Positions 9,495 through 19,456 of a stretch of 64,000 nt of DNA are shown here, one piece after another. Location: NCBI GenBank assembly GCA_977017575.1, contig CDRNVI010000185.1:62001-126000 (forward strand). The letters are read 5' to 3'. The stretch is from Paramoeba atlantica. Its lineage: Eukaryota; Protista; Discosea. A program made the translations under genes and the position numbers. How positions within the stretch are numbered: position 1 is the stretch's first letter; each line of letters begins with the position of its first letter. Below the pieces are notes generated by a model. The model was not told where the DNA came from. It saw nothing but the letters and a program-made list of their open reading frames with translations, and searched no databases.

Positions 9495-10111
9495 CCTTTG
9501 CGGAGCGCTATGCTACCGAGAACAAGAGAAGACAACGGGAAGAGGCTAACACGGCTGGGTACAAGTTCGCGGCAATGGTAGTAGAGTCCTATGGCGCCTG
9601 GAGTCCCAGCGCCATGGCGGTTCTTAGGGAAATTTCAACTAGAAAGATGGCGAACTCAGGGGATACCCTCCCTAAAAGCGATGCCTTGCATCACCTCCTT
9701 TCATCTCTCAACATTACCCTCATGAGGTCGCAAGCTCGCATGCTTGTATTACGATCCCCAGCGGCGGTCCCTGACACAGTGCTCTTAGGTTACGGAAAAG
9801 AGGAGTAGGAGCTCAGTAGGAAAGTGAAGGAGTCGGTGTCAAGGGAGGAGGCCTCGTTTCTATTTGCTGGTTTTCTCGGGTGGTTTCTTTTTGGGGCTTT
9901 GGGTATTCGTTTTTTGGGGAAGGTTTTTTTTGGGGGTGGGAACGGGTTCTTATTTGCTGTTTTTTGGGCCGTTTGCTCGGTTGAACATTCTTTTACTTTT
10001 CGTACAGTTGCTTGTTTCTATTCTGAGCCTAACTTTAAAAAAAAAATGTGAAATTGCTAATTTGATTGCTTGTTTACAAATCATATAAAAAAAAAAAAAA
10101 AAAAAAAAAAA
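9495..10111 (+). mobile_element. 5'-truncated A2 3' end plus A25
   Basis: Near-identical to 12641-13226 (ORF C-terminus and UTR). Confidence 0.9.
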
Positions 10112-10370
10112 CCCGTGTCGCTGTCGACACAGGCCCGCGCCTGCGCCCTCCCATATAACAAGGGAAGGGTCCACAAGTCAGGCCGTGGTGAGGTCGAAAG
10201 ACCCGGTCCGGAACGCGCGGATGGATTGGGCGTGGATTGCTTCCTTTTTTATTATTATTGTTATCAGAATCATAAATAACTTAAGGCAGGTTGAATTACT
10301 AGTTTTGGGCTACAACATGTGAAATTGCTAATTTGATTGCTTGTTTACAAATCAAAAAAAAAAAAAAAAA
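10112..10370 (+). mobile_element. 3'-UTR fragment (second half of the structured module plus tail) and A17
   Basis: Begins inside the module at the gtgtcg/cgacac hairpin. Confidence 0.8.
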
Positions 10371-13344
10371 GACTTTGAATCGTAAGAAACGTGCTGCGCA
10401 AGCAACAAGCCTAGAAGACGAGGGGAAGAAAGCGTGTCTTCGCGCGGAGCGACTGGCCCGCGACGGAGAACTTTCTCGCGCCATGACCGCACTGACTTCT
10501 TCGCCGCTAGCACCAGACGACGACAACACGTACGCCAAACTTCAGGCCAAACACCCCCCACGAATCTCCGCATCCACAACATCCCCCAGCTTAACTCCGG
10601 AAACAGAACCACTCAAAGTCACCGAGGAAGAAGTCGCAGCTGCGCTCTCAACCTTCCACAGAGGATCATCAGGTGGCGCACTTTGCCTCCGCCCAGAACA
10701 CGTGCAAGCGGCAATGCAATATCACAATGACGGGCACACAAATCCACTGGGCACGCTCACAAATTTCACCAACCATATGCTCGCTGGGAAGTTACCACTC
10801 GACGTTCAAGACCACTTTGCCGGAGGAAGGCTATGTGCTTTGGAAAAGGGAGAACACGACGTGCGCCCAATAGCCGCTGGAGAAACGCTCCGCCGTCTGG
10901 TGAGTAAAGTGGCCTGCCTATCAGTAAAAGCGCGAGCCCGCAAAATTTTCAAAGGCCATCAGTACGGGGTAGCCACGCCCGCCGGGGCCGAGCGAGTTAT
11001 ACATCTGTGTCGCCAGGCCTTTGCTGCTCGCACGGAAGATGACGACTTTGTTCTCTGTAAAATCGACCTACGTAATGCCTTCAACCAAGTTTCAAGGGAC
11101 TGGTTCATAGCACTAACACGCGAGCATTTCCCCACGCTTACTCCTTACGTCGAATGGTGCTACACTTCGGAAAGTAAGCTTACCTTTGGAACACGCGTTA
11201 TTAAATCTCGTGAGGGTGTCCAGCAAGGGGACCCCTTGGGCCCTCTTCTTTTCTCGTTAGTCATGAGGGAAGTCGCCTCAGAAATTCACGCAGCAGCCCC
11301 CAAATTAGACCTAAACCTCTGGTACCTGGATGATGGCGTTTTGGCTGGCACTTCCTGTGATGTGCGACACGCGTTCGACGTTATCGAAATGAAGGGTCCA
11401 CAATGGGGCCTACACCTCAACGCTGCAAAATGCGAGATTATTACCCACCCAGCATCTTCTCATCGTTCTTCTGTTTTTCCCGATCTCCCTGGCCCTAACA
11501 AAAACCTCGAAGGCAATTTTTACATTCTGGGAAGCCCCGTTGGATCGCCAGAGTTTTGTCGTGAATATCTCGTCAACAATGCAGTCGAAATGGCAGAAGA
11601 TTCTCTGGACGCTATAACGCACCTCGAAGACCCCCAGGTTGCCTTATCCCTCATTCGTCACTGCACTGGCTTCTGCCAGATGGTTTACTCCCTACGAACA
11701 ACCCCAACATCTGAACTTCGGGATCTCTGTCGGCGCTTGGACGACGCCGTGCAACGCGCGGTAGAGAATTTTTTCCGTCCTCTGACCCCCGAGGCCCGCC
11801 GTCAAACACAACGAGACAAGCGATTTGGCGGGTTAGGACTCCGTTCCGCGGAAGAGCACTCTACTTCAGCCTATATCGCCTCTGTCGCATTTGCATCGGA
11901 GCTAGATCGCTGGGACCCCACGGAGGCAGAAGGTTTCGAAGAAGCCGTAAGCGATGTCAATAAAAGGGTGGGGAAAGACATCGTAGACATTCAATCAGGG
12001 AGAATACCGAAAGGTTTCGCCTTGTCATCCACTCCGCCTTTCAGTAAACGTGGCATTACAGAATCCAGTACCGAATCAGTAATCCCTCGGCAACGAGATC
12101 TAAGCGATGCAATATCATCTCACGAGTTTCATCAAGCACTCTCCCTCGCTGACCCACGTACGAGGGCTCGATGGATTTCGGAAACGGGGCACGGAGCAGC
12201 AGAATGGGCTTTTGTATTGCCGTCGAAAAAGAACGGCCACGCTTATACCCCAACCGAGTTTCGGACTCTGGTACGTTGGTGGCTAGGGGAGCAAATATAT
12301 CCGGGTCCCCGATCTTGTCCCATGGAGAAGTGCACCCAACCGTTGGGTCCTGAGGGCGATCACGCATTGGCTTGCAAAAGTGGACATGGTATCACCTCGC
12401 GGCATAATGCCCTGGCCGCAGAATTTTCTTCTGAATGTTCTAAGGCTGGGTTCACTACCCAGAGGGAAATGAGCTTGGGAAACAAGGGGCCGGGGGGCGC
12501 CCTCACCAGGCCTGGTGATGTCTTCATCAAAAATTTCGGGCTTGGCGAGGGTCTTGTGCTTGACTTTGCCGTCACCCATGTACAGCAACAAAAATATACG
12601 GACTCAGTCCGTGACGCTAACGGGGTGACGGCCGGGTCATTTGCGGAGCGCTATGCTACCGAGAACAAGAGAAGACAACGGGAAGAGGCTAACACGGCTG
12701 GGTACAAGTTCGCGGCAATGGTAGTAGAGTCCTATGGCGCCTGGAGTCCCAGCGCCATGGTGGTTCTTAGGGAAATTTCAACTAGAAAGATGGCGAACTC
12801 AGGGGATACCCTCTCTAAAAGCGATGCCTTGCATCACCTCCTTTCATCTCTCAACATTACCCTCATGAGGTCGCAAGCTCGCATGCTTGTATTACGATCC
12901 CCAGCGGCGGTCCCTGACACAGTGCTCTTAGGTTACGGAAAAGAGGAGTAGGAGCTCAGTAGGAAAGTGAAGGAGTCGGTGTCAAGGGAGGAGGCCTCGT
13001 TTCTATTTGCTGGTTTTCTCGGGTGGTTTCTTTTTGGGGCTTTGGGTATTCGTTTTTTGGGGAAGGTTTTTTTTGGGGGTGGGAACGGGTTCTTATTTGC
13101 TGTTTTTTGGGCCGTTTGCTCGGTTGAACATTCTTTTACTTTTCGTACAGTTGCTTGTTTCTATTCTGAGCCTAACTTTAAAAAAAAATGTGAAATTGCT
13201 AATTTGATTGCTTGTTTACAAATCATATACCCCCCCCAATGGACCTACTTGGTTCGTCTACTGAGTAAAAATATAGAGGCAATGCCGCGTTTTATACTTC
13301 TCCCCCCCTATTTATTGCAAAAAAAAAAAAAAAAAAAAAAAAAA
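10371..13344 (+). mobile_element. 5'-truncated CRE-clade element A2
   Basis: RT-RLE ORF; 3' UTR lacks the structured module; A26 tail. Confidence 0.92.
10372..12951 (+). CDS. RT-CCHC-RLE polyprotein of A2, N-truncated
   Basis: GVQQGDPLGP, LWYLDDG, HALACKSGHGITSRHN, RPGDVF..LDFAVT; no internal stops. Confidence 0.92.
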   Translation, partial: TLNRKKRAAQATSLEDEGKKACLRAERLARDGELSRAMTALTSSPLAPDDDNTYAKLQAKHPPRISASTTSPSLTPETEPLKVTEEEVAAALSTFHRGSSGGALCLRPEHVQAAMQYHNDGHTNPLGTLTNFTNHMLAGKLPLDVQDHFAGGRLCALEKGEHDVRPIAAGETLRRLVSKVACLSVKARARKIFKGHQYGVATPAGAERVIHLCRQAFAARTEDDDFVLCKIDLRNAFNQVSRDWFIALTREHFPTLTPYVEWCYTSESKLTFGTRVIKSREGVQQGDPLGPLLFSLVMREVASEIHAAAPKLDLNLWYLDDGVLAGTSCDVRHAFDVIEMKGPQWGLHLNAAKCEIITHPASSHRSSVFPDLPGPNKNLEGNFYILGSPVGSPEFCREYLVNNAVEMAEDSLDAITHLEDPQVALSLIRHCTGFCQMVYSLRTTPTSELRDLCRRLDDAVQRAVENFFRPLTPEARRQTQRDKRFGGLGLRSAEEHSTSAYIASVAFASELDRWDPTEAEGFEEAVSDVNKRVGKDIVDIQSGRIPKGFALSSTPPFSKRGITESSTESVIPRQRDLSDAISSHEFHQALSLADPRTRARWISETGHGAAEWAFVLPSKKNGHAYTPTEFRTLVRWWLGEQIYPGPRSCPMEKCTQPLGPEGDHALACKSGHGITSRHNALAAEFSSECSKAGFTTQREMSLGNKGPGGALTRPGDVFIKNFGLGEGLVLDFAVTHVQQQKYTDSVRDANGVTAGSFAERYATENKRRQREEANTAGYKFAAMVVESYGAWSPSAMVVLREISTRKMANSGDTLSKSDALHHLLSSLNITLMRSQARMLVLRSPAAVPDTVLLGYGKEE

Positions 13345-13725
13345 CACAGGCCCGCGCCTGCGCCCTCCCACATAACAAGGGAAGGGTTCACAAGTCAGGC
13401 CGTGGAGAGGTCGAAAGACCCGGTCCGGAACGCGCGAATGGATTGGGTCTGGATTGCTTGTTTTTATTTTTACTGTGTCTTGTTTGTCGTATATACTTAG
13501 GGGAGATTGAATTGCTAGTTTTGGGCTGAGAAAAAAGAAAAAGAAAATATACTTCTGTGGAAATAAAAAGAATTGCTAATTTGATTGCTTGTTTTAAATT
13601 CATATACCCCCCTAATGGACCTACTATGTACTTGGTTCGTCTACTGGGTCAAAATATAGAGGCAATGCCGCGTTTCATACTTCTCCCCCCTTATTAATCG
13701 CAAAAAAAAAAAAAAAAAAAAAAAA
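13345..13725 (+). mobile_element. 3'-UTR fragment (partial module plus tail C) and A24
   Basis: Starts within the module at cacaggcccg. Confidence 0.8.
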
Positions 13726-14326
13726 CTCCTTTCACGAGACCAAGCGCGAAACGATCTCCTAACAGATCTGAACGTGACGCTAATGCGTTCTCAAGCCAGG
13801 ATGATGGTTTCGCGCATCCGCGTAGAGGACCCAGCGGATCCTTTGGTAGAGGCTTAAGCCTCTACTGACAGTCCAGTTTCAGCACGAAGACGCCATAATA
13901 TCCAGGACGGGTGCTGGCCGGGTCGACAGAGTCTATGCTCACGCCTAGCCCGCGAGGGCTAGGTACCCCAAGTGAGGTAGTACACGGGTAGTGAATCTCC
14001 TCCCCGTCGACCAGCATCCTGTTTCGCGACCGTGTCGCTGTCGACACAGGCCCGCGCCTGCGCCCTCCCATATAACAAGGGAAGGGTTCACAAGTCAGGC
14101 CGTGGTGAGGTCGAAAGACCCGGTCCGGGACGCGCGAATGGATTGGGTCTGTATTGCTTGTTTTAGTTTTTACTGTTTCTTGTTTGTAGTATATACTTAG
14201 GGGAGATTAAATTGCTAGTTTTGGGCTGAGAGAAAAAAACAAAAGGTACATCTGTGGAAACAAAAAGATTTGCTAATTTGATTGCTTATTTTCAACTCGT
14301 AAAAAAAAAAAAAAAAAAAAAAAAAA
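13726..14326 (+). mobile_element. Second copy of the truncated A4 3' end, with tail C, plus A26
   Basis: Same 5' truncation point as 3382; full module at 13910-14141. Confidence 0.88.
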
Positions 14327-14368
14327 GTTGGACTCCATACATAAAAAAAAAAAAAAAAAAAAAAAAAA
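14327..14368 (+). mobile_element. 16-nt micro-fragment plus A26
   Basis: gttggactccatacat matches 9243-9258 of the SL-capped non-coding RNA. Confidence 0.7.
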
Positions 14369-17300
14369 CGTGACGAGAAAAAAAATACGTGACGAGCACG
14401 AAGACAGCGTGACACCTGAGCCCACTCAAAACGGTAAACAAAAGCGCCGCCGAGAAATAGCGAAAAGCTTCTCGAATTATTTTCCTACGACAGGTCACCG
14501 GACAGACAAAACACCAAGCGGCAAATACCAACTTCCTCCGTCTGTAGCCGCATTCCGCAACACGCCTCAGGACTCTTTGAAAACTTGCCCAGTTAAAGGG
14601 TGCGTGTGGAAAACACTCGCTCATGGCGGCAGGTGGCAAGCTTACTACAACCACGTAGCTACAAGACACGCGAATGAAGTGCCCGAATCCTGGTGGACGA
14701 ACGAAGGGCGCTTTCTCTGCCAGAAATGCGGGCGACATTACGAAGAAGGCAAACGAGCAACACACGACAACGCTTGCAAAGGAACCTCGACTGACTCTGT
14801 AGCCAATCCCGCGAATAACTTGACGCAGAGTTCATTGGACCACGGTTCGCGCAGCACCGATGTCTCACAGAGTGTCCAACCTCTTCCTTTACCATCGCTT
14901 TCTGATATTTGCATGACTCCTATCAACACTTCTAGGGATGTTCCATTCCGATGCCGCTACCAATGGGCGAAAACGCTCACCGATGTATTATCCTCCGTAG
15001 CCAGCGAGAACTCCGTAGCGGCATGGACCCGTCTCGGCATGCTGCCTAAATGCGTTCTACCGGCCCCGAACCGCGGGGGGCGCAAAGGTCGTCTTTCTTA
15101 TGCCTCACATGTGACAAAAAGCCTAGAAAGGTGGGGAAAAGGGGAATTTACCGCTCTGTGGATTGAAGCGACCAAAAACAACACGAAGTCGTCGCACCCA
15201 TCAACCAAAGACCAAGATCAAGACCAGGAGCTTGCGCAAGAAGTAAGAAGGGCAAAAGAACGATGCGAAAAACTTGTACGCCAGGGTGAAGTCTCTCGTG
15301 GAATGAGTGCACTAACGGCGGCACCCTTTGCACCTGACAACGACGAAACGTACTGCAAGTTGATGGCAAAGCATCCCACTCGTGCGCAGGACTGCATGCT
15401 TCAAGATCTCCCGTACCCTAACGCACCTCCCTTGAAAGTAAACGAAGAAGAAGTTAAGCACGCTTTGGGCAGCTTTCGCAAGGGATCATCTGGCGGAACG
15501 ATGTCGCTGAGAGCTGAGCACCTTCAGATAGCACTACGTGCCCACGTGGACGAGAAAGTACACCCTCTCACCGCTCTTACAGACGTAGTCAATGTGCTTC
15601 TTTCTGGAAAAGCTCCATTCGAGATTCAGGAACGTTTCGCTGGGGCCAGATTGTGTGCACTTCAGAAAGGAGAATGTGACGTCCGACCTATAGCCGCAGG
15701 CGAGACAATCCGTCGTTTGGTTGGTAAAGTGGCATGTCTAACAGCCAAGAAAAAAGCTAGTCGCTTGTTTAAAGGAATACAGTATGGGGTTGCCACGCCA
15801 GCCGGATCGGAGAGGGTGATCCACCTCTGCCGACAGACTATGTCCCGCCATGCCGATGACACGAACTTTGTGCTATGTAAGGTGGACCTAGCGAACGCGT
15901 TCAATAGAGTATCCAGATCTGCGTTCATCGCCTTACTTCGCAAACATTTTCCAGAATTGTCAGCATGGGTGGAGTGGACCTACTCCACGGATAGTCTCCT
16001 AACTTACGGTTCCAGAACTCTTCCATCATCCGAGGGGGTTCAACAAGGGGACCCCCTAGGGCCTCTCCTTTTTTCCCTCGTAATGCTCGAAGCCGCGAAA
16101 ATGATCAAAGAAGCACTCCCAGGCAGTCTCCAGCTTCACCTCTGGTACCTCGACGACGGGGTAATAGCCGGTAAGGCCGAAGACGTCAGTTTCGCTTTAG
16201 AGACTCTTTCTCGAGTTGGTCCTAAGTGGGGTCTTCACATCAATACCTCTAAATGCGAAATAATAACGAACCCTGCTTTGGCACACCAAACTGCTCTTTT
16301 TTCCGATATTCCGGAACCCAAGATAAACCGCGAAGGAAATTTTGACATTCTTGGGAGCCCCATAGGCTCTGCTCAACATTGCATAGATTTCCTTACGACA
16401 CACGCCGTGGAACCGGCAGAAGAGACCCTGGAAGCTATAGAAATGCTCGAAGATCCTCAAATTGCCTTGTCATTGATCAGACAGTGTGCGGGTTTTTGTC
16501 AAATGGTCCATTCGCTTCGAACTACCCCACCACATGAGCTTTCTGCACTCTGTCAGCGCCTTGATGAAGCAGTCCTCCATGCGTATGAATGGAACATATG
16601 CCCGCTTAGCTCCTCAGCTCGATCACAAGTTCAACGCCCGAAACGGTATGGAGGTTTTGGTCTCCGATCTGCATCTGCGCACCGCTCAGCGGCGTACGTG
16701 TCTTCAGTTGCTTTTGCTGCAGCGACGGATCGTTGGCTACCGTCAGATGCAGAAGGATTCTCTTCCGCAGTCCTGGACATCAATCGCCGGAGCGGAGGCC
16801 CCGTAGTTGATCCGGACACGGGAAGAGCATTAGAGGAGATCAGCTCCCCTTTTCCGACAGGATCTAGTCAAAGTACAGAAACGGACAATTCTTGCACCCC
16901 CCGTCAACGTGCCTTGAGTGACGCAATCTCGGCGCACGAATTTTCATGTGCGTACGCAGCGGCGGACAGTAGCACTCGCGCGAGGTACACCTCTCAGACT
17001 GGAGATGGGGCCAGCAGCTGGGCATTTTGCATCCCATCAACAGAGCTTGGCCACGCTTACACACCCACAGAATTCCGCGCCCTCTCCAGGTGGTGGTTAG
17101 GTGCCAAGGTCTACAACGAGTTGAGCACGTGCCCAATTAACACATGCCAACAACCTCTCGACCTCGAAGGAAACCATGCAGTGTCTTGCAAAAGTGGGAA
17201 TGGACTGATCTCCCGCCACAATGCGCTCATTACACAATTCACCGACACGTGCTCCAAGGCGAATTTATCACCTTCACGTGAGGTAAGCCTGGGGAACCTA

Positions 17301-18182
17301 GGGCCTGGCGGCTGTCCCACGAGGCCGGGCGATGTCTTTATTCCGGGCTATGAGAAAGCTCAAGGTCTGGTGCTTGATTTTGCTGTCACCCACGTTCAGC
17401 AACCTAAATACACGGACTTAGTCCGCAACGCTAACGGGGTGGCGGCAGGATCATTTGCGGAGCACTACGCCGCTTCTCACAAGGTGAAAGAGAGAGAGGA
17501 GGCGGAACAAGCAAAACATGTGTTTGTTGCCATGGTGGTAGAATCATATGGTGCTTGGAGTGCAAGTGCCCTATCAATCCTTAGATGGGTTGGGAAGCAT
17601 CGCGCCTCATGTTCCCAGGGGACTCTATCTCAAGAAGCAGCTACCCGTCAGCTGCTTCAAGAGCTTAACCTCACCCTGATGCGTTCTCAATCGAGAATGC
17701 TTGTCTCACGCATGCCGGCTGAAGATCCACAACCGGCACTTATTTTGCAGTAGCCTAAACCAAGGCTCGCGGATCCCGGCATGTTCGAAGGCTGAGGGTG
17801 CTGGTCTCGTCGACAGAGTCTATACTCACGCCTAGTCCGTCAGGGCTAGGTACCCCAAGTGAGGTAGTACACGGGTAGTGAATCTCCTCCCCGTCGGCCA
17901 GCATCCTGTTTCGCGACCGTGTCGCTGTCGACACAGGCCCGCGCCTGCGCCCTCCCGTATAACAAGGGAAGGGTCCACAAGTCAGGCCGTGGAGAGGTCG
18001 AAAGACCCGGTCCGGAACGCGCGAATGGTTGAGGAGCCGCCTGCAGGCCGGGTGAGGCGAAGCTGAGGGAGACCTTACCCCGCCCCCTGAAAAGTTGAAA
18101 AGTTGGGTAGGGGAAAGCAGGAAAGTAGGGAGAAAGGTGGGAAAAGTATGTCAAGAGGTGAGAAAAAAAAAAAAAAAAAAAA
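14369..18182 (+). mobile_element. 5'-truncated CRE-clade element A3
   Basis: ZnF-RT-RLE ORF, module at 17797-18028, A20 tail. Confidence 0.92.
14370..17753 (+). CDS. ZnF-RT-CCHC-RLE polyprotein of A3, N-truncated
   Basis: CPVKGC...HVATRH and CQKC...H...C fingers, WYLDDG, RPGDVF..LDFAVT. Confidence 0.93.
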   Translation: MTRKKIRDEHEDSVTPEPTQNGKQKRRREIAKSFSNYFPTTGHRTDKTPSGKYQLPPSVAAFRNTPQDSLKTCPVKGCVWKTLAHGGRWQAYYNHVATRHANEVPESWWTNEGRFLCQKCGRHYEEGKRATHDNACKGTSTDSVANPANNLTQSSLDHGSRSTDVSQSVQPLPLPSLSDICMTPINTSRDVPFRCRYQWAKTLTDVLSSVASENSVAAWTRLGMLPKCVLPAPNRGGRKGRLSYASHVTKSLERWGKGEFTALWIEATKNNTKSSHPSTKDQDQDQELAQEVRRAKERCEKLVRQGEVSRGMSALTAAPFAPDNDETYCKLMAKHPTRAQDCMLQDLPYPNAPPLKVNEEEVKHALGSFRKGSSGGTMSLRAEHLQIALRAHVDEKVHPLTALTDVVNVLLSGKAPFEIQERFAGARLCALQKGECDVRPIAAGETIRRLVGKVACLTAKKKASRLFKGIQYGVATPAGSERVIHLCRQTMSRHADDTNFVLCKVDLANAFNRVSRSAFIALLRKHFPELSAWVEWTYSTDSLLTYGSRTLPSSEGVQQGDPLGPLLFSLVMLEAAKMIKEALPGSLQLHLWYLDDGVIAGKAEDVSFALETLSRVGPKWGLHINTSKCEIITNPALAHQTALFSDIPEPKINREGNFDILGSPIGSAQHCIDFLTTHAVEPAEETLEAIEMLEDPQIALSLIRQCAGFCQMVHSLRTTPPHELSALCQRLDEAVLHAYEWNICPLSSSARSQVQRPKRYGGFGLRSASAHRSAAYVSSVAFAAATDRWLPSDAEGFSSAVLDINRRSGGPVVDPDTGRALEEISSPFPTGSSQSTETDNSCTPRQRALSDAISAHEFSCAYAAADSSTRARYTSQTGDGASSWAFCIPSTELGHAYTPTEFRALSRWWLGAKVYNELSTCPINTCQQPLDLEGNHAVSCKSGNGLISRHNALITQFTDTCSKANLSPSREVSLGNLGPGGCPTRPGDVFIPGYEKAQGLVLDFAVTHVQQPKYTDLVRNANGVAAGSFAEHYAASHKVKEREEAEQAKHVFVAMVVESYGAWSASALSILRWVGKHRASCSQGTLSQEAATRQLLQELNLTLMRSQSRMLVSRMPAEDPQPALILQ

Positions 18183-18704
18183 TCCTATGGTGGTGACATA
18201 GGCCACGGGTGCTGGTCTCGTCGACAGAGTCTATACTCACGCCTAGCCCGCGAGGGCTAGGTACCCCAAGTGAGGTAGTACACGGGTAGTGAATCTCCTC
18301 CCCGTCGACCAGCATCCTGTTTCGCGACCGTGTCGCTGTCGACACAGGCCCGCGCCTGCGCCCTCCCATATAGCAAGGGAAGGGTTCACAAGTCAGGCCG
18401 TGGAGTGGTCGAAAGACCCGGTCCGGAACGCGCGAATGGATTGGGTCTGTATTGCTTGTTTTAGTTTTTACTGTTTCTTGTTTGTAGTATATACTTAGGG
18501 GAGATTAAATTGCTAGTTTTGGGCTGAGAAAAAACAAAAGGTACATCTGTGGAAACAAAAAGAATTGCTAATTTGATTGCTTGTTTTTAACTCGTATACC
18601 CCCCCCAATGGACCTACTTGGTTCGTCTACTGGGTCAAAATATAGAGGCAATGCCGCGATTCATACTTCTCCCCCCTTATTAATTGCAAAAAAAAAAAAA
18701 AAAA
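18183..18704 (+). mobile_element. Non-coding 3' segment: hairpin, full module (18208-18439), tail C and A17
   Basis: Last unit of the chain; followed by the right TSD copy at 18705-18713. Confidence 0.82.
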
Positions 18705-18997
18705 TTTGATTTTAGTATTCACGTATTCATGTAGTATAGTATTTAGTAGTATTTACGTATTCGCGTATAGTATTCACGGGGTTTTCAACATTTTTCCCGC
18801 CTCTATCACTAAAAACTTGGAACAAGTAATTTATGCGCTCTAAAGAATGCCAACCATCATCAAGGAATCACACGAAGCGTTTTTTGCGCTTTCATTCTTT
18901 TTGGCAACCTATGGAGACACGCGAATACAGCTGAATGTAGCAGCTGAATGAACCATTTAAAAAAGCCTCTTGATGGTAGGTTTTTGAATTTCGTGTA

Positions 18998-19253
18998 CTA
19001 TGCCCCCCTGCTTATAAGTTCCCCCTACTCAGGTACGCTTATGAGTTCCTTTTTCTGGTGAATGCTTTTGTACCCACATTTTGCGAAGCCTTTTTTTACA
19101 TGTGACAAAATGTCATAAATTTCTACTCTACGTCAGCCTGCTCTACAGGTTCGTTCACTGAGCGGATATTTGTTTTGGATCCAGTTATCATCTGGTATGC
19201 TTAAGAGTTCCTTTTTCTCAAAACCGGGGAACTCATAAGCAGGGGGGGTATAG
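18998..19253. mobile_element. MITE with ~27-bp TIRs and TA flanks (Tc1/mariner type)
   Basis: ta|ctatgcccccctgcttataagttcccc ... ggggaactcataagcagggggggtatag|ta; a solo right end occurs near 24032-24060. Confidence 0.8.
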
Positions 19254-19456
19254 TATTTTGTTTTATTATTTTTACCCTTGCTTTCGTAAGCAGACCGATT
19301 TTTTTTTCATCACGCTTTTTTTCAGAATACTTTTTTTTATTTTTCTTAAAAGAAATTGCGCAAAAAAAAGCGGCAGATAACTAGGTACAGTAGTTCCCTT
19401 GACCGAGCAATTTATTCAACACCTCTTCCAATTTCTTTACAGCGTTTCAAAGTTCA

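Noticed and set aside
12967-13500. Hydrophobic membrane-protein-like ORF (also 9824-10051)
   Set aside because: Translation of the T/G-rich A2 3' UTR running through a poly(A) junction.
14328-14369. Lys-rich N-termini of ORFs 14328-17753 and 10333-12951
   Set aside because: Artefacts of reading through the preceding poly(A); the real elements are 5'-truncated.
4088-17753. Group II intron, retron or DGR interpretation of the RTs
   Set aside because: C-terminal CCHC-RLE, poly(A) tails and 5' truncations indicate non-LTR retrotransposons.
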